NCBI GenBank assembly: GCA_043808425.1
Contig: JAZDEW010000072.1
Location: 1 to 61,721, forward strand
Direction: 5' to 3'
Source of the DNA: Candidatus Omnitrophota bacterium
Lineage (GTDB): Bacteria; Omnitrophota; Gorgyraeia; Gygaellales; Profunditerraquicolaceae
Length of the DNA stretch: 61,721 nucleotides
The notes beneath the pieces are model-generated. The model had not been told where the DNA came from. It saw only the letters and a program-made list of their open reading frames with translations, and did not search any database. Each line of letters begins with the position of its first letter. Positions within the stretch are counted from its first letter, which is position 1. Both the position numbers and the translations under genes were made by a program. Positions 26,025-35,000 of this stretch are shown piece by piece.

Positions 26025-27075
26025 TCGGATATGAACCTAATATTTTTAAATAATTACATTTGCGCTCTAATTCATTCAGCGCCTTCTTTATTGAAGCATC
26101 CGCCTGATGCCCCAAAATATCCACAAAAAAATAATACTCCCAGGCCTTCTTTTTTGAAGGCCGGGATTCAATTTTTGTAAGATTAACCCCGTATTTACGA
26201 AAAGGCAAGAGCATCTCGTATAAAGCGCCCACCCGGTCTTTAATCGAAAAAAACAAGCTTGTTTTATCCCTCCCCGTGCGCGTGGCAACGTTTTTCCCCA
26301 CTACCAAAAAACGAGTAATATTATGCGCGGAGTCCTGAATCCCGCTAGCCAGCACCTTTAGCCCATAAACTTTAGAAGCCAAAAGCGAAGCAATCGCGGC
26401 GCTATTTTTCTCATTTTTAGCCATTTCTGCCGCACGCGTAGTACTTGAAACATCCACCAGCTGGGCATTGGGCAAATTCTTTTGCAACCAGATACGACAC
26501 TGCCCAAAAACTTGCGGATTTGAATAAACAATAGAAATCTTATCCCTGGCGCAGTTAGCGAGCAAATTATGCGTAACCTCTAAAATTATCTGCGCGCAGA
26601 TTTTTAAATCCGAATCTACAAAAACATCCAGAGTATGGCTCACCGCCCCCTCAATTGAATTTTCGATCGGCACCACCCCATAATCAGCGCTATCTTTTTC
26701 CACCTCTAAAAAAACATCGGCGATACTATTGCCGGCAAGATAACTAACCTGAGAACCGAATTTTTTCATCGCCGCCAGATTAGTAAAGCTTGCCCGCGGG
26801 CCAAGGTAAGCGATCTTCAGAGACTTTTCTAAAGCCAGGCTAGCGGACATTACCTCACGATAAATCGCTTCCAGCGCGCTCTTTTTTAAAGGCCCTTTAT
26901 TTAAACTGGAAATCCTGTCTAAAACCTGCATCTCTCTTTCCGGCACATAAATACTTTTACCGGTATTAATTTTGATTTTACCGATAGCTTTGGTTGTCTT
27001 AGCGCGTAAATTTAATAAATTAATTAATTTTCGATCAAGTTGATCAATTTTATTGCGCAATTTGTCCAGAGTCAT
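26014..27075 (-). CDS. pheA: bifunctional chorismate mutase / prephenate dehydratase (P-protein)
   Basis: An N-terminal CM_2 helix (LDKLRNKIDQLDRKLINLLNLRA) precedes a PDT domain and an ACT domain (TRF, ESRP). The start was set to the ATG at 27075, preceded by GGAGG. The ORF track starts at 27111. Confidence 0.9.
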   Translation of the reverse strand: MTLDKLRNKIDQLDRKLINLLNLRAKTTKAIGKIKINTGKSIYVPEREMQVLDRISSLNKGPLKKSALEAIYREVMSASLALEKSLKIAYLGPRASFTNLAAMKKFGSQVSYLAGNSIADVFLEVEKDSADYGVVPIENSIEGAVSHTLDVFVDSDLKICAQIILEVTHNLLANCARDKISIVYSNPQVFGQCRIWLQKNLPNAQLVDVSSTTRAAEMAKNEKNSAAIASLLASKVYGLKVLASGIQDSAHNITRFLVVGKNVATRTGRDKTSLFFSIKDRVGALYEMLLPFRKYGVNLTKIESRPSKKKAWEYYFFVDILGHQADASIKKALNELERKCNYLKILGSYPIGE

Positions 27076-27661
27076 TCTTGGCCTCCAAATCTGTTGGACT
27101 GACCGGTTCAATACTATCGCCAGTTTCCTGCTGTTGAGCTAAAACTGTAAAATCTTCCATCTTAGGAAGATCCTGAAGAGATTTTAAACCAAAATGCTCC
27201 AAAAATTCCCGCGTAGTTCCAAAAACAAAAGGCCGGCCAGGTATTTTCTTTCTGCCGCAAATACGAATTAAATTTTTATCCAACAAACTTTTCATTACCC
27301 CATCCACATTTACATTTCTCAAAGATTCAATCTGGGCCTTAGTCAATGGTTGTTTATAGGCAATAATCGCCAGAGATTCAAGCGCCGGCTTAGACAACTT
27401 TTCGCTATAACGATTTCTAAATAATTTCTTTAAAAAAGGAGCAAAATTACTATTGGTAATCATCTGAAACCCGCCGGCAATCTCAATAATCCGCATACCC
27501 CTATTCTGTGCTTCATATTCAATTTTTAATTCAGCAATAATTTTGTTGATACCAACGGTGTCTAGGTCACCTAAAACCTTTTTTATCTGCTCTATGGTAA
27601 TAGGTTTCTCAGAGGCAAAAATTAAAGCCTCTAGTGCTGATTTTAAATTATTCTCTTCCAT
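27050..27661 (-). CDS. scpB: segregation and condensation protein B
   Basis: ALEALIFASEKPITIEQI and the winged-helix repeats with GRKKIPGRPFVFGTT match ScpB. Confidence 0.9.
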   Translation of the reverse strand: MEENNLKSALEALIFASEKPITIEQIKKVLGDLDTVGINKIIAELKIEYEAQNRGMRIIEIAGGFQMITNSNFAPFLKKLFRNRYSEKLSKPALESLAIIAYKQPLTKAQIESLRNVNVDGVMKSLLDKNLIRICGRKKIPGRPFVFGTTREFLEHFGLKSLQDLPKMEDFTVLAQQQETGDSIEPVSPTDLEAKNDSGQIAQ

Positions 27662-27664
27662 ATT

Positions 27665-28291
27665 TTATTTAAGCGCCCTTTTTTGTTTATACACTAAATT
27701 TAATAATTCTTCTGTAGTGCTAACTCGTGAGTTTATTTCTAAAACTTTTTTAATCATCCCCAAGGCCTCGTTTCTTTTATATTCCAGTTGCAGCAAAACG
27801 TCTAAAGCTTCTTCAGTTATATTTTTGGCGGCGGTATTATTTTCTATTCCACGATCCTGCATCAAGCCGAATTTACCCACTTTATTTTGCAATTTGGCCA
27901 CGATTTCTTTTGCTCTTTGCTCACCTATACCTGGGAGCGATTTTAAGGAAGACAAATCTCCCTCATCAATAGCCCTGGCAATTAAAGAGATCGGCTTATT
28001 CAAAGCCTTCAGAGCCGCCCGTGGACCAATACCGGAAACCGTAATAAAAATCTCAAAAAAATCCTTTTCTACCTGGCTTAAAAATCCGATTAAAATAGGC
28101 ACGCTCTTGGCTTGCTCAACCTGATAATAATGGTAGGTTAACAAGGAAATCCTACCCTCCGGGCCCATCGCGCTATCTAGCCCCTGCATAACACAAGCCG
28201 GAATAAAAACCTCGTAGCTTAATCCCCCTAAATCCAAAACTAAAAAATTGGTTCCTTTTTCTACAACCAGCCCTGAAATTCGATGAATCAT
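27665..28291 (-). CDS. ruvA: Holliday junction DNA helicase RuvA
   Basis: Contains MIHRISGLVVEK, the HhH motifs LPGIGEQRAKEIV and VSGIGPRAALKAL, and a domain III tail. Confidence 0.9.
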   Translation of the reverse strand: MIHRISGLVVEKGTNFLVLDLGGLSYEVFIPACVMQGLDSAMGPEGRISLLTYHYYQVEQAKSVPILIGFLSQVEKDFFEIFITVSGIGPRAALKALNKPISLIARAIDEGDLSSLKSLPGIGEQRAKEIVAKLQNKVGKFGLMQDRGIENNTAAKNITEEALDVLLQLEYKRNEALGMIKKVLEINSRVSTTEELLNLVYKQKRALK

Positions 28292-28770
28292 AATTTTACT
28301 TTCATGATACAGCTATGCGCTATTGCCAGCGCTAACGCGTCAGTAACATCCATATAAGAAGTCAGAGTCTTTAATCCTAAACTATGCGTGACCATTCTTT
28401 GCACCTGGGCCTTAGAAGCTAGCCCTTTTCCAACTATGGCCTTTTTGATGCGCGTAGCCGAATATTCAAAAAAAGGCAAACCAGCCACAAAAGAAGCCAA
28501 ACAAATCACGCCTCTGGCTTGGCCTAAAATACAAGCAGTAGCCGGATGCTTGTAATGTGAATATATCTTTTCCAGCACCAAACAGTCTGCTTTTGTATCG
28601 CTAATCAATTTAAGTACCCCGCGATAAATTCGATTCAACCGACAGGGAAGAGCTTCTTGGGAGGTAGTTTTTATTATTCCCGCCTCAATTAAAGTTAAGG
28701 TTGTTTTATTAACTTGAATAACCCCATACCCGCTGGTAGCCAGGGCCGGATCAATCCCCACGATAATCAT
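28288..28770 (-). CDS. ruvC: crossover junction endodeoxyribonuclease RuvC
   Basis: Contains IVGIDPALATSGYGVI and DVTDALALAIAH. Confidence 0.9.
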   Translation of the reverse strand: MIIVGIDPALATSGYGVIQVNKTTLTLIEAGIIKTTSQEALPCRLNRIYRGVLKLISDTKADCLVLEKIYSHYKHPATACILGQARGVICLASFVAGLPFFEYSATRIKKAIVGKGLASKAQVQRMVTHSLGLKTLTSYMDVTDALALAIAHSCIMKVKL

Positions 28771-29522
28771 TCCCCGGAAGCAACCTCATCTAAAATCTCA
28801 TCCGGAATATCAAAATTGGCATAAACCTGCTGCACATCATCATGGTCTTCTAGCGTTTCAATTAGCGCTAAAACTTGCTTTGCTTCATGACCAGCAACTT
28901 TAATCGCTGAGGAAGGAATCATGGTTAATTCCGCATCTACCCACTTAATATCTTTATCACTAAGCGCCTGCTTTACCTTTTCTAAATCCGCAACCGCGGT
29001 AAAAATCTCATAAACATCAGTTTCATGTTTCATATCTTCGGCTCCGGCGTCTAAAACGATATTCATCAATTCATCTTCTTTAATCTTTTCTTTAGCCACC
29101 GAGATATAGCCTTTTTGCGTAAACATCCAGCTTACTGAACCGGCCCCCGCCATATTGCCGCCTTTTTTAGACATGATATTACGAATCTCAGCCGTAGTAC
29201 GATTTTTATTATCCGTAAGCGAATCAATTAAAATCGCCACCCCGCCCGGGCCATAAGCCTCATACATGACCGCCTCATAGACTATCCCGGGAAGCTCACC
29301 GGTTCCTCGCTTAATCGCCATCTTCACATTATCCGAAGGCATGTTGGCTTTTTTAGCCTTTTCCATAATCGCACGTAGCCGGGGGTTAGAATCAGGATTT
29401 CCTCCGCCATCTCTGGCAACTACCACCAGCTCTTTAATAATCTTAGTAAAAGTTGCTCCACGCTTAGCATCCGCAATACCTTTTTTACCCTTATTCGTCT
29501 TCCATTTTGAATGACCCGACAT
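28767..29522 (-). CDS. yebC: YebC/PmpR family DNA-binding transcriptional regulator
   Basis: MSGHSKWKTNKGKKGIADAKRGATFTKI is the canonical N-terminus. Confidence 0.9.
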   Translation of the reverse strand: MSGHSKWKTNKGKKGIADAKRGATFTKIIKELVVVARDGGGNPDSNPRLRAIMEKAKKANMPSDNVKMAIKRGTGELPGIVYEAVMYEAYGPGGVAILIDSLTDNKNRTTAEIRNIMSKKGGNMAGAGSVSWMFTQKGYISVAKEKIKEDELMNIVLDAGAEDMKHETDVYEIFTAVADLEKVKQALSDKDIKWVDAELTMIPSSAIKVAGHEAKQVLALIETLEDHDDVQQVYANFDIPDEILDEVASGE

Positions 29523-29545
29523 CGTTAACCTCCATTAGTATATTT

Positions 29546-29638
29546 GTGTAACGTTTAATGTGTAATGTGTAACGTGTAATTGTGTATTGCAAAAATCTTT
29601 GTTTTTTTTCATTACACATTACACTTCACACATTACAC
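29546..29638. repeat. inverted arrays of heptamer tandem repeats (GTGTAAY x about 6 facing ATTACAC x about 4)
   Basis: 29546-29588 reads GTGTAAC GTTTAAT GTGTAAT GTGTAAC GTGTAAT TGTGTAT. 29611-29638 reads ATTACAC ATTACAC TTCACAC ATTACAC. The arms are mutually complementary around an A/T-rich spacer of about 22 nt. The element sits between the rnpB 3' end and the yebC start. Confidence 0.85.
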
Positions 29639-29648
29639 AATTTTTAAA

Positions 29649-30156
29649 GGCAGGCAGAATAAGCCGGGTTCTGTCTTGAGGCGCAAACTTGCGCCTCAAC
29701 AGTGGCTATTCCTCTCAATTTCCGTGTTACCACGGTAACTTTAGCAGCTTTACCCCCACACCCAGCATAGCTGGGTGTGGGGGCTTACCCGAAATTGCTT
29801 CCCGTTGAAAACGGAAAACGCGCCGGATCAGCACGCGCCCCATGAGCCGCATTAAACGACTCCGGGAACTCATCTCCTATTCTACTTTGCTCCACGTAGA
29901 GATTGCCGCGTTTCACCCCCCAGACTCAGCATAGCTGGGTGTGGGGCTCGTCTCTGTGGCTCTCATTGCCCGCATTTTATATCTCTAGGCAATGATCCCG
30001 AGGCGCAGCTTTTTTAAGCCAACGCCAAGAGATAATCCTCCTCGGTTAATTATGCCGAGTGGTAGGCGTTACCTACTACGTTATCCTCTGGAGCCCGGAC
30101 TTTCCTCCCCCACACCCAGTTTGCTGGGTGTGGGGGCAACCACTTCCTGCCTGCCT
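29649..30156 (-). ncRNA. rnpB: RNase P RNA, bacterial type A, unusually long (about 508 nt)
   Basis: The minus strand carries the universally conserved P4 halves: GAGGAAAGTCCGGGCTCC (complement of 30086-30103) and ACAGAACCCGGCTTAT (complement of 29659-29674). P1 is GGCAGGCAG/CTGCCTGCC. There is a GGTAACGCC hairpin and an ACAGAGA J11/12-like element. A TATAAT box lies on the minus strand at 30172-30167. Confidence 0.9.
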
Positions 30157-30220
30157 CGTTAAAAATATTATATTAGAAATAAACAACAGCCCCATAATTA
30201 CTGTTTCTAAAAGGGCCTAT

Positions 30221-30637
30221 TTATGCCAAAGATTTCCCTAGGGCTAACTTAATCGCTTTCGTGGCCAGCTTATCCGCCAAGCTGTTTTCTTCCCGAGGAA
30301 TATGATTAATTGAAACTTTTTCAAAGCCCGACAAAAGACGCACTGCTTGATTATATAAATTTATTAAACCGGCATGCTTAACTTTATAAATTTTATTCAA
30401 TTGCCGGGCTAACAACTGACTATCAGTATTAATTTTTAAACTCTTAGCTTTTAATAACAGGGCTTCCTGCAACGCGTAAATAAGAGCGGTATATTCAGCG
30501 ACATTATTCGTCGCCTGGCCAATATAGTTTGAAATATTCTTAAATCGTAAACCATCGCGATAAATTACCACTCCCACTCCGCTATGTCCCGGATTGCCCT
30601 GAGATGCCCCATCAATGTAAATTTCTAAATGGCTCAT
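30221..30637 (-). CDS. rnhA: ribonuclease HI
   Basis: IYIDGASQGNPGHSGVGVVI, NNVAEYTALIYAL and REENSLADKLA supply the DEDD catalytic residues. The start was set to the ATG at 30637, which forms an ATGA overlap with the upstream stop codon. Confidence 0.85.
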   Translation of the reverse strand: MSHLEIYIDGASQGNPGHSGVGVVIYRDGLRFKNISNYIGQATNNVAEYTALIYALQEALLLKAKSLKINTDSQLLARQLNKIYKVKHAGLINLYNQAVRLLSGFEKVSINHIPREENSLADKLATKAIKLALGKSLA

Positions 30638-31353
30638 TCGTTGATATAAAGAATACGATTGCAAACTTCACAAGTAATAATCCGATCATACATCTTAATC
30701 AAATTAATTACCTGGGGCGGCACTAACATATGACATCCACCGCAAGAATTATTTTTAACCGTTACTATGGCTAAACCATCTTTGCTAAGTAAAATTTTTT
30801 CATACGCCTGCGCAATCGTAGGATCAACGCTAGGCATAATTTGTAATCTTTGAGCATCCAGTTGGCTTAAGCGGTCATTTATTTCTTTATTCCGTATTTC
30901 TACCGCATTTTTTTGCTGGCAAAAGATTTTTTCCTCATCCTTTAGCTTCAGGTTTTCAGAGTCAATCTGCGCTTTTATTTTATCCGACTCCTCAAAAAAG
31001 ATCAAAATCTTTTCTTCAATTACCGACCCATCAGCCTGAGCGTTTGCAATTTGCTGTTGCATAGTTTGAAATTCTTTATTGGTCTTTAAAGAAAAAAGTT
31101 GCGCGTTTAGTTTTTTAACTCCTTGGACATTAGTCGCCAATTCCAGCTCTTTCTCATTGCGTTGTTTTTGTAAATCTAAGGCCTTCTTCTCCAGCGCCAA
31201 CAAACCCTGTTTTTTAAGCTCAAAAGCCTCTTCCATAGCCTTAATTTCACCTGGCTTAGCTGCTCTTTCGACTCCTAAAGCGTAAATCTCACTATCTATC
31301 TCTTGCAATCCTACTAAACCGATAATCTGGGTTTTTAAATCTACGTTTGTCAA
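30634..31353 (-). CDS. COG1579/DUF164 coiled-coil protein with C-terminal C4 zinc ribbon
   Basis: A long coiled coil is followed by CGGCHMLVPPQ...ITCEVCNRILY. Confidence 0.75.
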   Translation of the reverse strand: MTNVDLKTQIIGLVGLQEIDSEIYALGVERAAKPGEIKAMEEAFELKKQGLLALEKKALDLQKQRNEKELELATNVQGVKKLNAQLFSLKTNKEFQTMQQQIANAQADGSVIEEKILIFFEESDKIKAQIDSENLKLKDEEKIFCQQKNAVEIRNKEINDRLSQLDAQRLQIMPSVDPTIAQAYEKILLSKDGLAIVTVKNNSCGGCHMLVPPQVINLIKMYDRIITCEVCNRILYINE

Positions 31354-31448
31354 TTTATCTCCTGGTATAATTTTTAGATATAATTATAGATTATATTTGT
31401 CCAAACATCCGTATCGTTTCCTATTTTAGGATATCCTTAATAATTAAT

Positions 31449-31585
31449 TGGGCGCAATAGGACTCGAACCTACGACTTCTACAATGTGAATGTAGCGCTC
31501 CCTGCCTGCCGGCAGGCAGGTAACCCCCGCCAAAAACATTGGCGGGTCCGCCACGATTTGTGGCGGAAACTGAGCCACCATTTAT
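31449..31585 (-). pseudogene. tRNA-Val(CAC)-like gene disrupted by a 67-nt triple-hairpin insertion in the D-loop and lacking a complementary 5' acceptor strand
   Basis: The 3' 52 nt (31449-31500) read GAGCGCTACATTCACATTGTAGAAGTCGTAGGTTCGAGTCCTATTGCGCCCA, with intact anticodon and T arms. The upstream remnant TGGCTCAGTT (31568-31577) matches the intact tRNA-Val. 31501-31567 is three abutting hairpins. The predicted 5' acceptor TAAATGG cannot pair with TGCGCCC. Confidence 0.6.
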
Positions 31586-31594
31586 TTTTAATAA

Positions 31595-31668
31595 TGGGCG
31601 ATAGAGGATTCGAACCTCTGATTTCCACAATGTGAATGTGGCGCTCTAACCAACTGAGCCAATCGCCC
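31595..31668 (-). tRNA. tRNA-Val (anticodon CAC)
   Basis: GGGCGATTGGCTCAGTTGGTTAGAGCGCCACATTCACATTGTGGAAATCAGAGGTTCGAATCCTCTATCGCCCA is a canonical 74-nt cloverleaf with no encoded CCA. Confidence 0.9.
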
Positions 31669-31679
31669 TCAAAGTATAC

Positions 31680-31753
31680 TGGGCCCACAGGGACTCGAAC
31701 CCCGGACCAATTGATTATGAGTCAACTGCTCTAACCGACTGAGCTATGGGCCC
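31680..31753 (-). tRNA. tRNA with anticodon CAT, probably tRNA-Ile2 (lysidine) rather than elongator Met
   Basis: GGGCCCATAGCTCAGTCGGTTAGAGCAGTTGACTCATAATCAATTGGTCCGGGGTTCGAGTCCCTGTGGGCCCA. The GACTCATAATC anticodon arm and TTGGTC variable loop resemble E. coli ileX, from memory. The G1-C72 pair excludes an initiator. Confidence 0.85.
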
Positions 31754-32039
31754 TAAAAAATTTACTTTACTCATCTACAAGGCTTACATCCCGTGGCCCG
31801 CCAAAGCCGGGCTTTACGAGATGGGCCCTCAAATTTTACGCAGTAAAATTTGACTCCGAGTCCTCAAAAATTTTCATATACAGACGAGAAGCAAATTCCT
31901 GAATAACTCTAAGCTATGCCAATACAAAACTTAAGTTGCAGCAAATTTACACAGATTAATCTCCTACAAAATATCATTATATATTACTATTTTTAAGGAT
32001 TTTTGGCAAGTTAAAACTTATTTAATTTAGACAAACAGA

Positions 32040-35000
32040 TTACTTTTCTTTACTCACTACCTTGAGAAAAGCACTGACAACACGGGGGTCAAACTGAGTT
32101 CCGGAAGATTTTTTGATTATCTCTATAGCCGCACTCTTAGTAAAAGCCTTATGATAAGGCCGGTCGCTAATCAAGGCTTGGTATACATCCGCGATCGCAA
32201 TAACCCTGGCACCCAGCGGAATATCCTCTCCCTTTATTCTGCTGGGATAGCCCTTGCCATCCCAACGCTCATGATGATAAAAAATAAACGGAATAAGGTC
32301 ACGCAGAAACTTAATCGGCCGAATAATATCCGCGCCAATTTGAGGATGTTTTTTAATCTCCTCAAACTCCTTTTTATTAAACTTACCTTTTTTAAGTAAA
32401 ATATTTTCGCTGATACCAATCTTACCTAAATCGTGCAGCATTGCCGCCTGCTTAATTAATTCCACGTCTTCTTTAGGTAAGTTTAATTCTTTAGCCACTC
32501 CGGTGGCAAAATGCACTGTATTTTCAACATGCTCACCGGTATAATGATCTTTTAACTCCAGTGTTTTAGCAAAAGCAAAGATTGATTCACTTAAGCCCTG
32601 TTTTGACTGCTTATTTAATTTACTAATCTTATTCTTTAAAGTTTTAATCCCCGCTGTTTTAGAAATTTTCCCCGTTCCTTTACTAACATTATTTTTAGCA
32701 TCCAGAGAAGAATAGGCGCGATTACCTCCGCTTTCCTTGGCTTTATTCAGCAGCAGGTCAGCCAGATTAACTAAATCCATGCCATTTTTGGCCCGGTCCT
32801 CGGGAAAAGAAACCACCGAAAGGCTTATTTTTAATTTAACGCTATGATTTTTATTTCCAAAGTTTATAAAATTCAAAGAATCTAACAACCTTTGTGCCAT
32901 ATTAAAAGCGAAATCACGATTTAGCCGGGGAGAAACAATGATAAACTCTTCCCCGCTATAGCGGATAAGAACATCATATCGCCTTACCATGCGCTTAAGC
33001 TGCTTGGCTAATTGTTTTAAAACTAAATCTCCAAAAGCAATTCCATAAACATCGTTAATCGATCTAAAATAATCGATATCCAACATAATTATAGCTAAAT
33101 TTTGAGCATATCGCCTGGCTTGATGGAATTCCACCTCAACGGCATCTTGCAGATAACGATAGTTATATAATCCGGTATGCGCGTCAATAAGTGAAATACT
33201 TTTTAATTTATCATTAATCTTAATCAATTCACGATTTAACTTGCTTTTCTCTAATTCTGAAACTTTATAGCGGTTAGTCTGACACAAGAGATCCTGCGTG
33301 CGCTCTTCTACCAACGCTTCTAAATCATTACGATAGCGCTTGAGCTCTTCATCAACTTTCTTTTTTTGGGTAATATCCACATTTAGCTCCGCCACCAACC
33401 ACTCGCCATTTTTATCCTGATAAGGTATAGTAGTAACCTGAATTGGCCGGTTGCCCTCTTTTTCTAAAACTTCTTCGCTAACTACGATTTTATTAGTCTT
33501 AAACGCTTCCACAATCGCGCAATTCGGACATACGCTCTTTCGCTCTCTAAAATATTCATAACATTTTTTCCCCTTCCAATCCCCATAATTATGCGCCCAC
33601 TCCGGATCTACATAATGCATATTAAAATCTTTATCAATAATATCCAACCCGGTTTTCGTTACCCCTAAAGTGAACTCTAGCTGTTGATATAAAATACTTG
33701 CCTGCTCTTGCACATCTTTTCTAGCGGCGATTTCTAACTCTAGTGCCTTTGTGCGTTGCTTGACTAATTCCTCCAGATTTTCATGATAAACTTTTATCTC
33801 TTGTTCATATTCTTTATTTTTACTGATATCACGATTGCTGGCCCGCCGGCCAAGCAACTTACCATCATTACTATAAACAGGAACGCAGATATGACTAATC
33901 CAGTGCACCTGCCCGTTTCGATTAATTATGCGGAAATCCGCCTCTAACTTAGTAGAATTTTTTACTGCTTCATCTCTTTTCTTACGCAAAATTACCAAAT
34001 CAAGCGGGTGCACGATATTTTCAATCAAATCAGGGTCATTCAAAAAATCAACGTTTGTGTATCCTGTAACGCGCTCGCACGACAGAGAAACATAAATCAT
34101 CTGCTTATCCGGGCCTTGCCAATATTCCCAGTCATAGGTAAAATCAGCGATAGTGCGAAATTTTTCTTCACTAATCCTTAAGGCTTCCTGAGCATTTTTT
34201 TGCTCAGTAATATTACGCACATATTCAATCACGCCAATTAACTCTTTGGTATTTTCCTCAAACATAGGAAAACTGTAGAGATCAAAATAACCTGCCAGTT
34301 TTCCGTCCTTATCTTCCATGGGGCTAACAACGTGCGCTACTTCATGAGTTTTTAAAGTTTCATTCACCGGACAAACATCACAGGGCTTATCTCTATGGTG
34401 ATAAGCCTGGTAACATTTTTTTCCAACAATAGGCATATTATACGCATACCATTTTTCCATTGCAGGATTTACGCGTAAAATATTCATTTTTGTATCTAAA
34501 ACGCACAACCCATCCTGAATACCATTAAACACGCCGGTCAAGAAACCCCCTAAGTTCGCCAATTCTTTATGCGCCTTCTGAGCAATACGCGCCTCTTTGC
34601 GCAATGCTTCATTAGCACTGGCCAACTCCGTAGTCCTAACCTTGACCCTAAGCTCAAGCTCCGCGCGTATTTCCTTCAGGCTTTCGGCCTCATGTTTATG
34701 TAAGGTAATATTTCTGGCGATTCCAATTGTGCCGATCACCTTATCGTGATCATCAAAAACCGGAGTCTTAATTGTCTCAATCCACTGCTCTCCGCCCTCC
34801 TGATGCATTAATCTCTCTTGGACACATTTACGTTTTTTACTCTCCATTACTTCTTGATCATCAGCCCGATAGCCAAGCGCCAACTCTTTTGGCCAAATAT
34901 CTAGATCAGTTTTACCGATAATTTCCTTAACCTTAAAACCACAAGCCTTGGCAAAAGGTTCATTAACCGCGATAAATCTACTTTGAGCGTCTTTAAGCCA

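Noticed and set aside
27543-28124. A 193-aa plus-strand ORF. Similar long antisense ORFs include 36134-36625, 2724-3059, 6238-6597, 18818-19171, 23594-23947 and 54696-55043.
   Set aside because: All are nested antisense to genes with unmistakable homology (ruvA/scpB, rpoD, cooC, plsY, tyrA, dnaK). Their translations are low-complexity and Ser/Leu/Ile-rich, which is typical of shadow ORFs in AT-rich DNA.
30157-30220. A full sigma-70 promoter for rnpB and a terminator for rnhA.
   Set aside because: A TATAAT box (minus strand, 30172-30167) is well placed, but no acceptable -35 hexamer exists at 16-18 nt. The AACAG/CTGTT hairpin is only 5 bp. The evidence is too weak to list as separate features.
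30059-30241. A 60-aa plus-strand ORF.
   Set aside because: It lies antisense within rnpB (P3/P4 region), and its Trp/Pro/Cys-rich translation has no coding signature.
31449-31500. The tRNA-Val 3' fragment as an attL/attR duplicate left by an integrative element.
   Set aside because: The fragment differs from the adjacent intact tRNA-Val in the acceptor and T arms, so it is not a direct repeat of it. No integrase or foreign DNA lies between them. The possibility is kept only as an alternative in the finding.
31421-31688. Two 69-aa minus-strand ORFs overlapping the tRNA cluster.
   Set aside because: They run through two tRNA genes and GC-rich hairpins, so they are artefacts of stop-poor structured RNA sequence.
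31786-31853. Two small hairpins (CATCCCG..GCCCG-CCAAAGC-CGGGC..CGAGATG and CAAATTTTA-CGCAG-TAAAATTTG) between the sensor gene and the tRNA cluster, as terminators or a small RNA.
   Set aside because: Neither is followed by a U-tract on the minus strand, and I see no promoter. The evidence is insufficient beyond noting that they exist.
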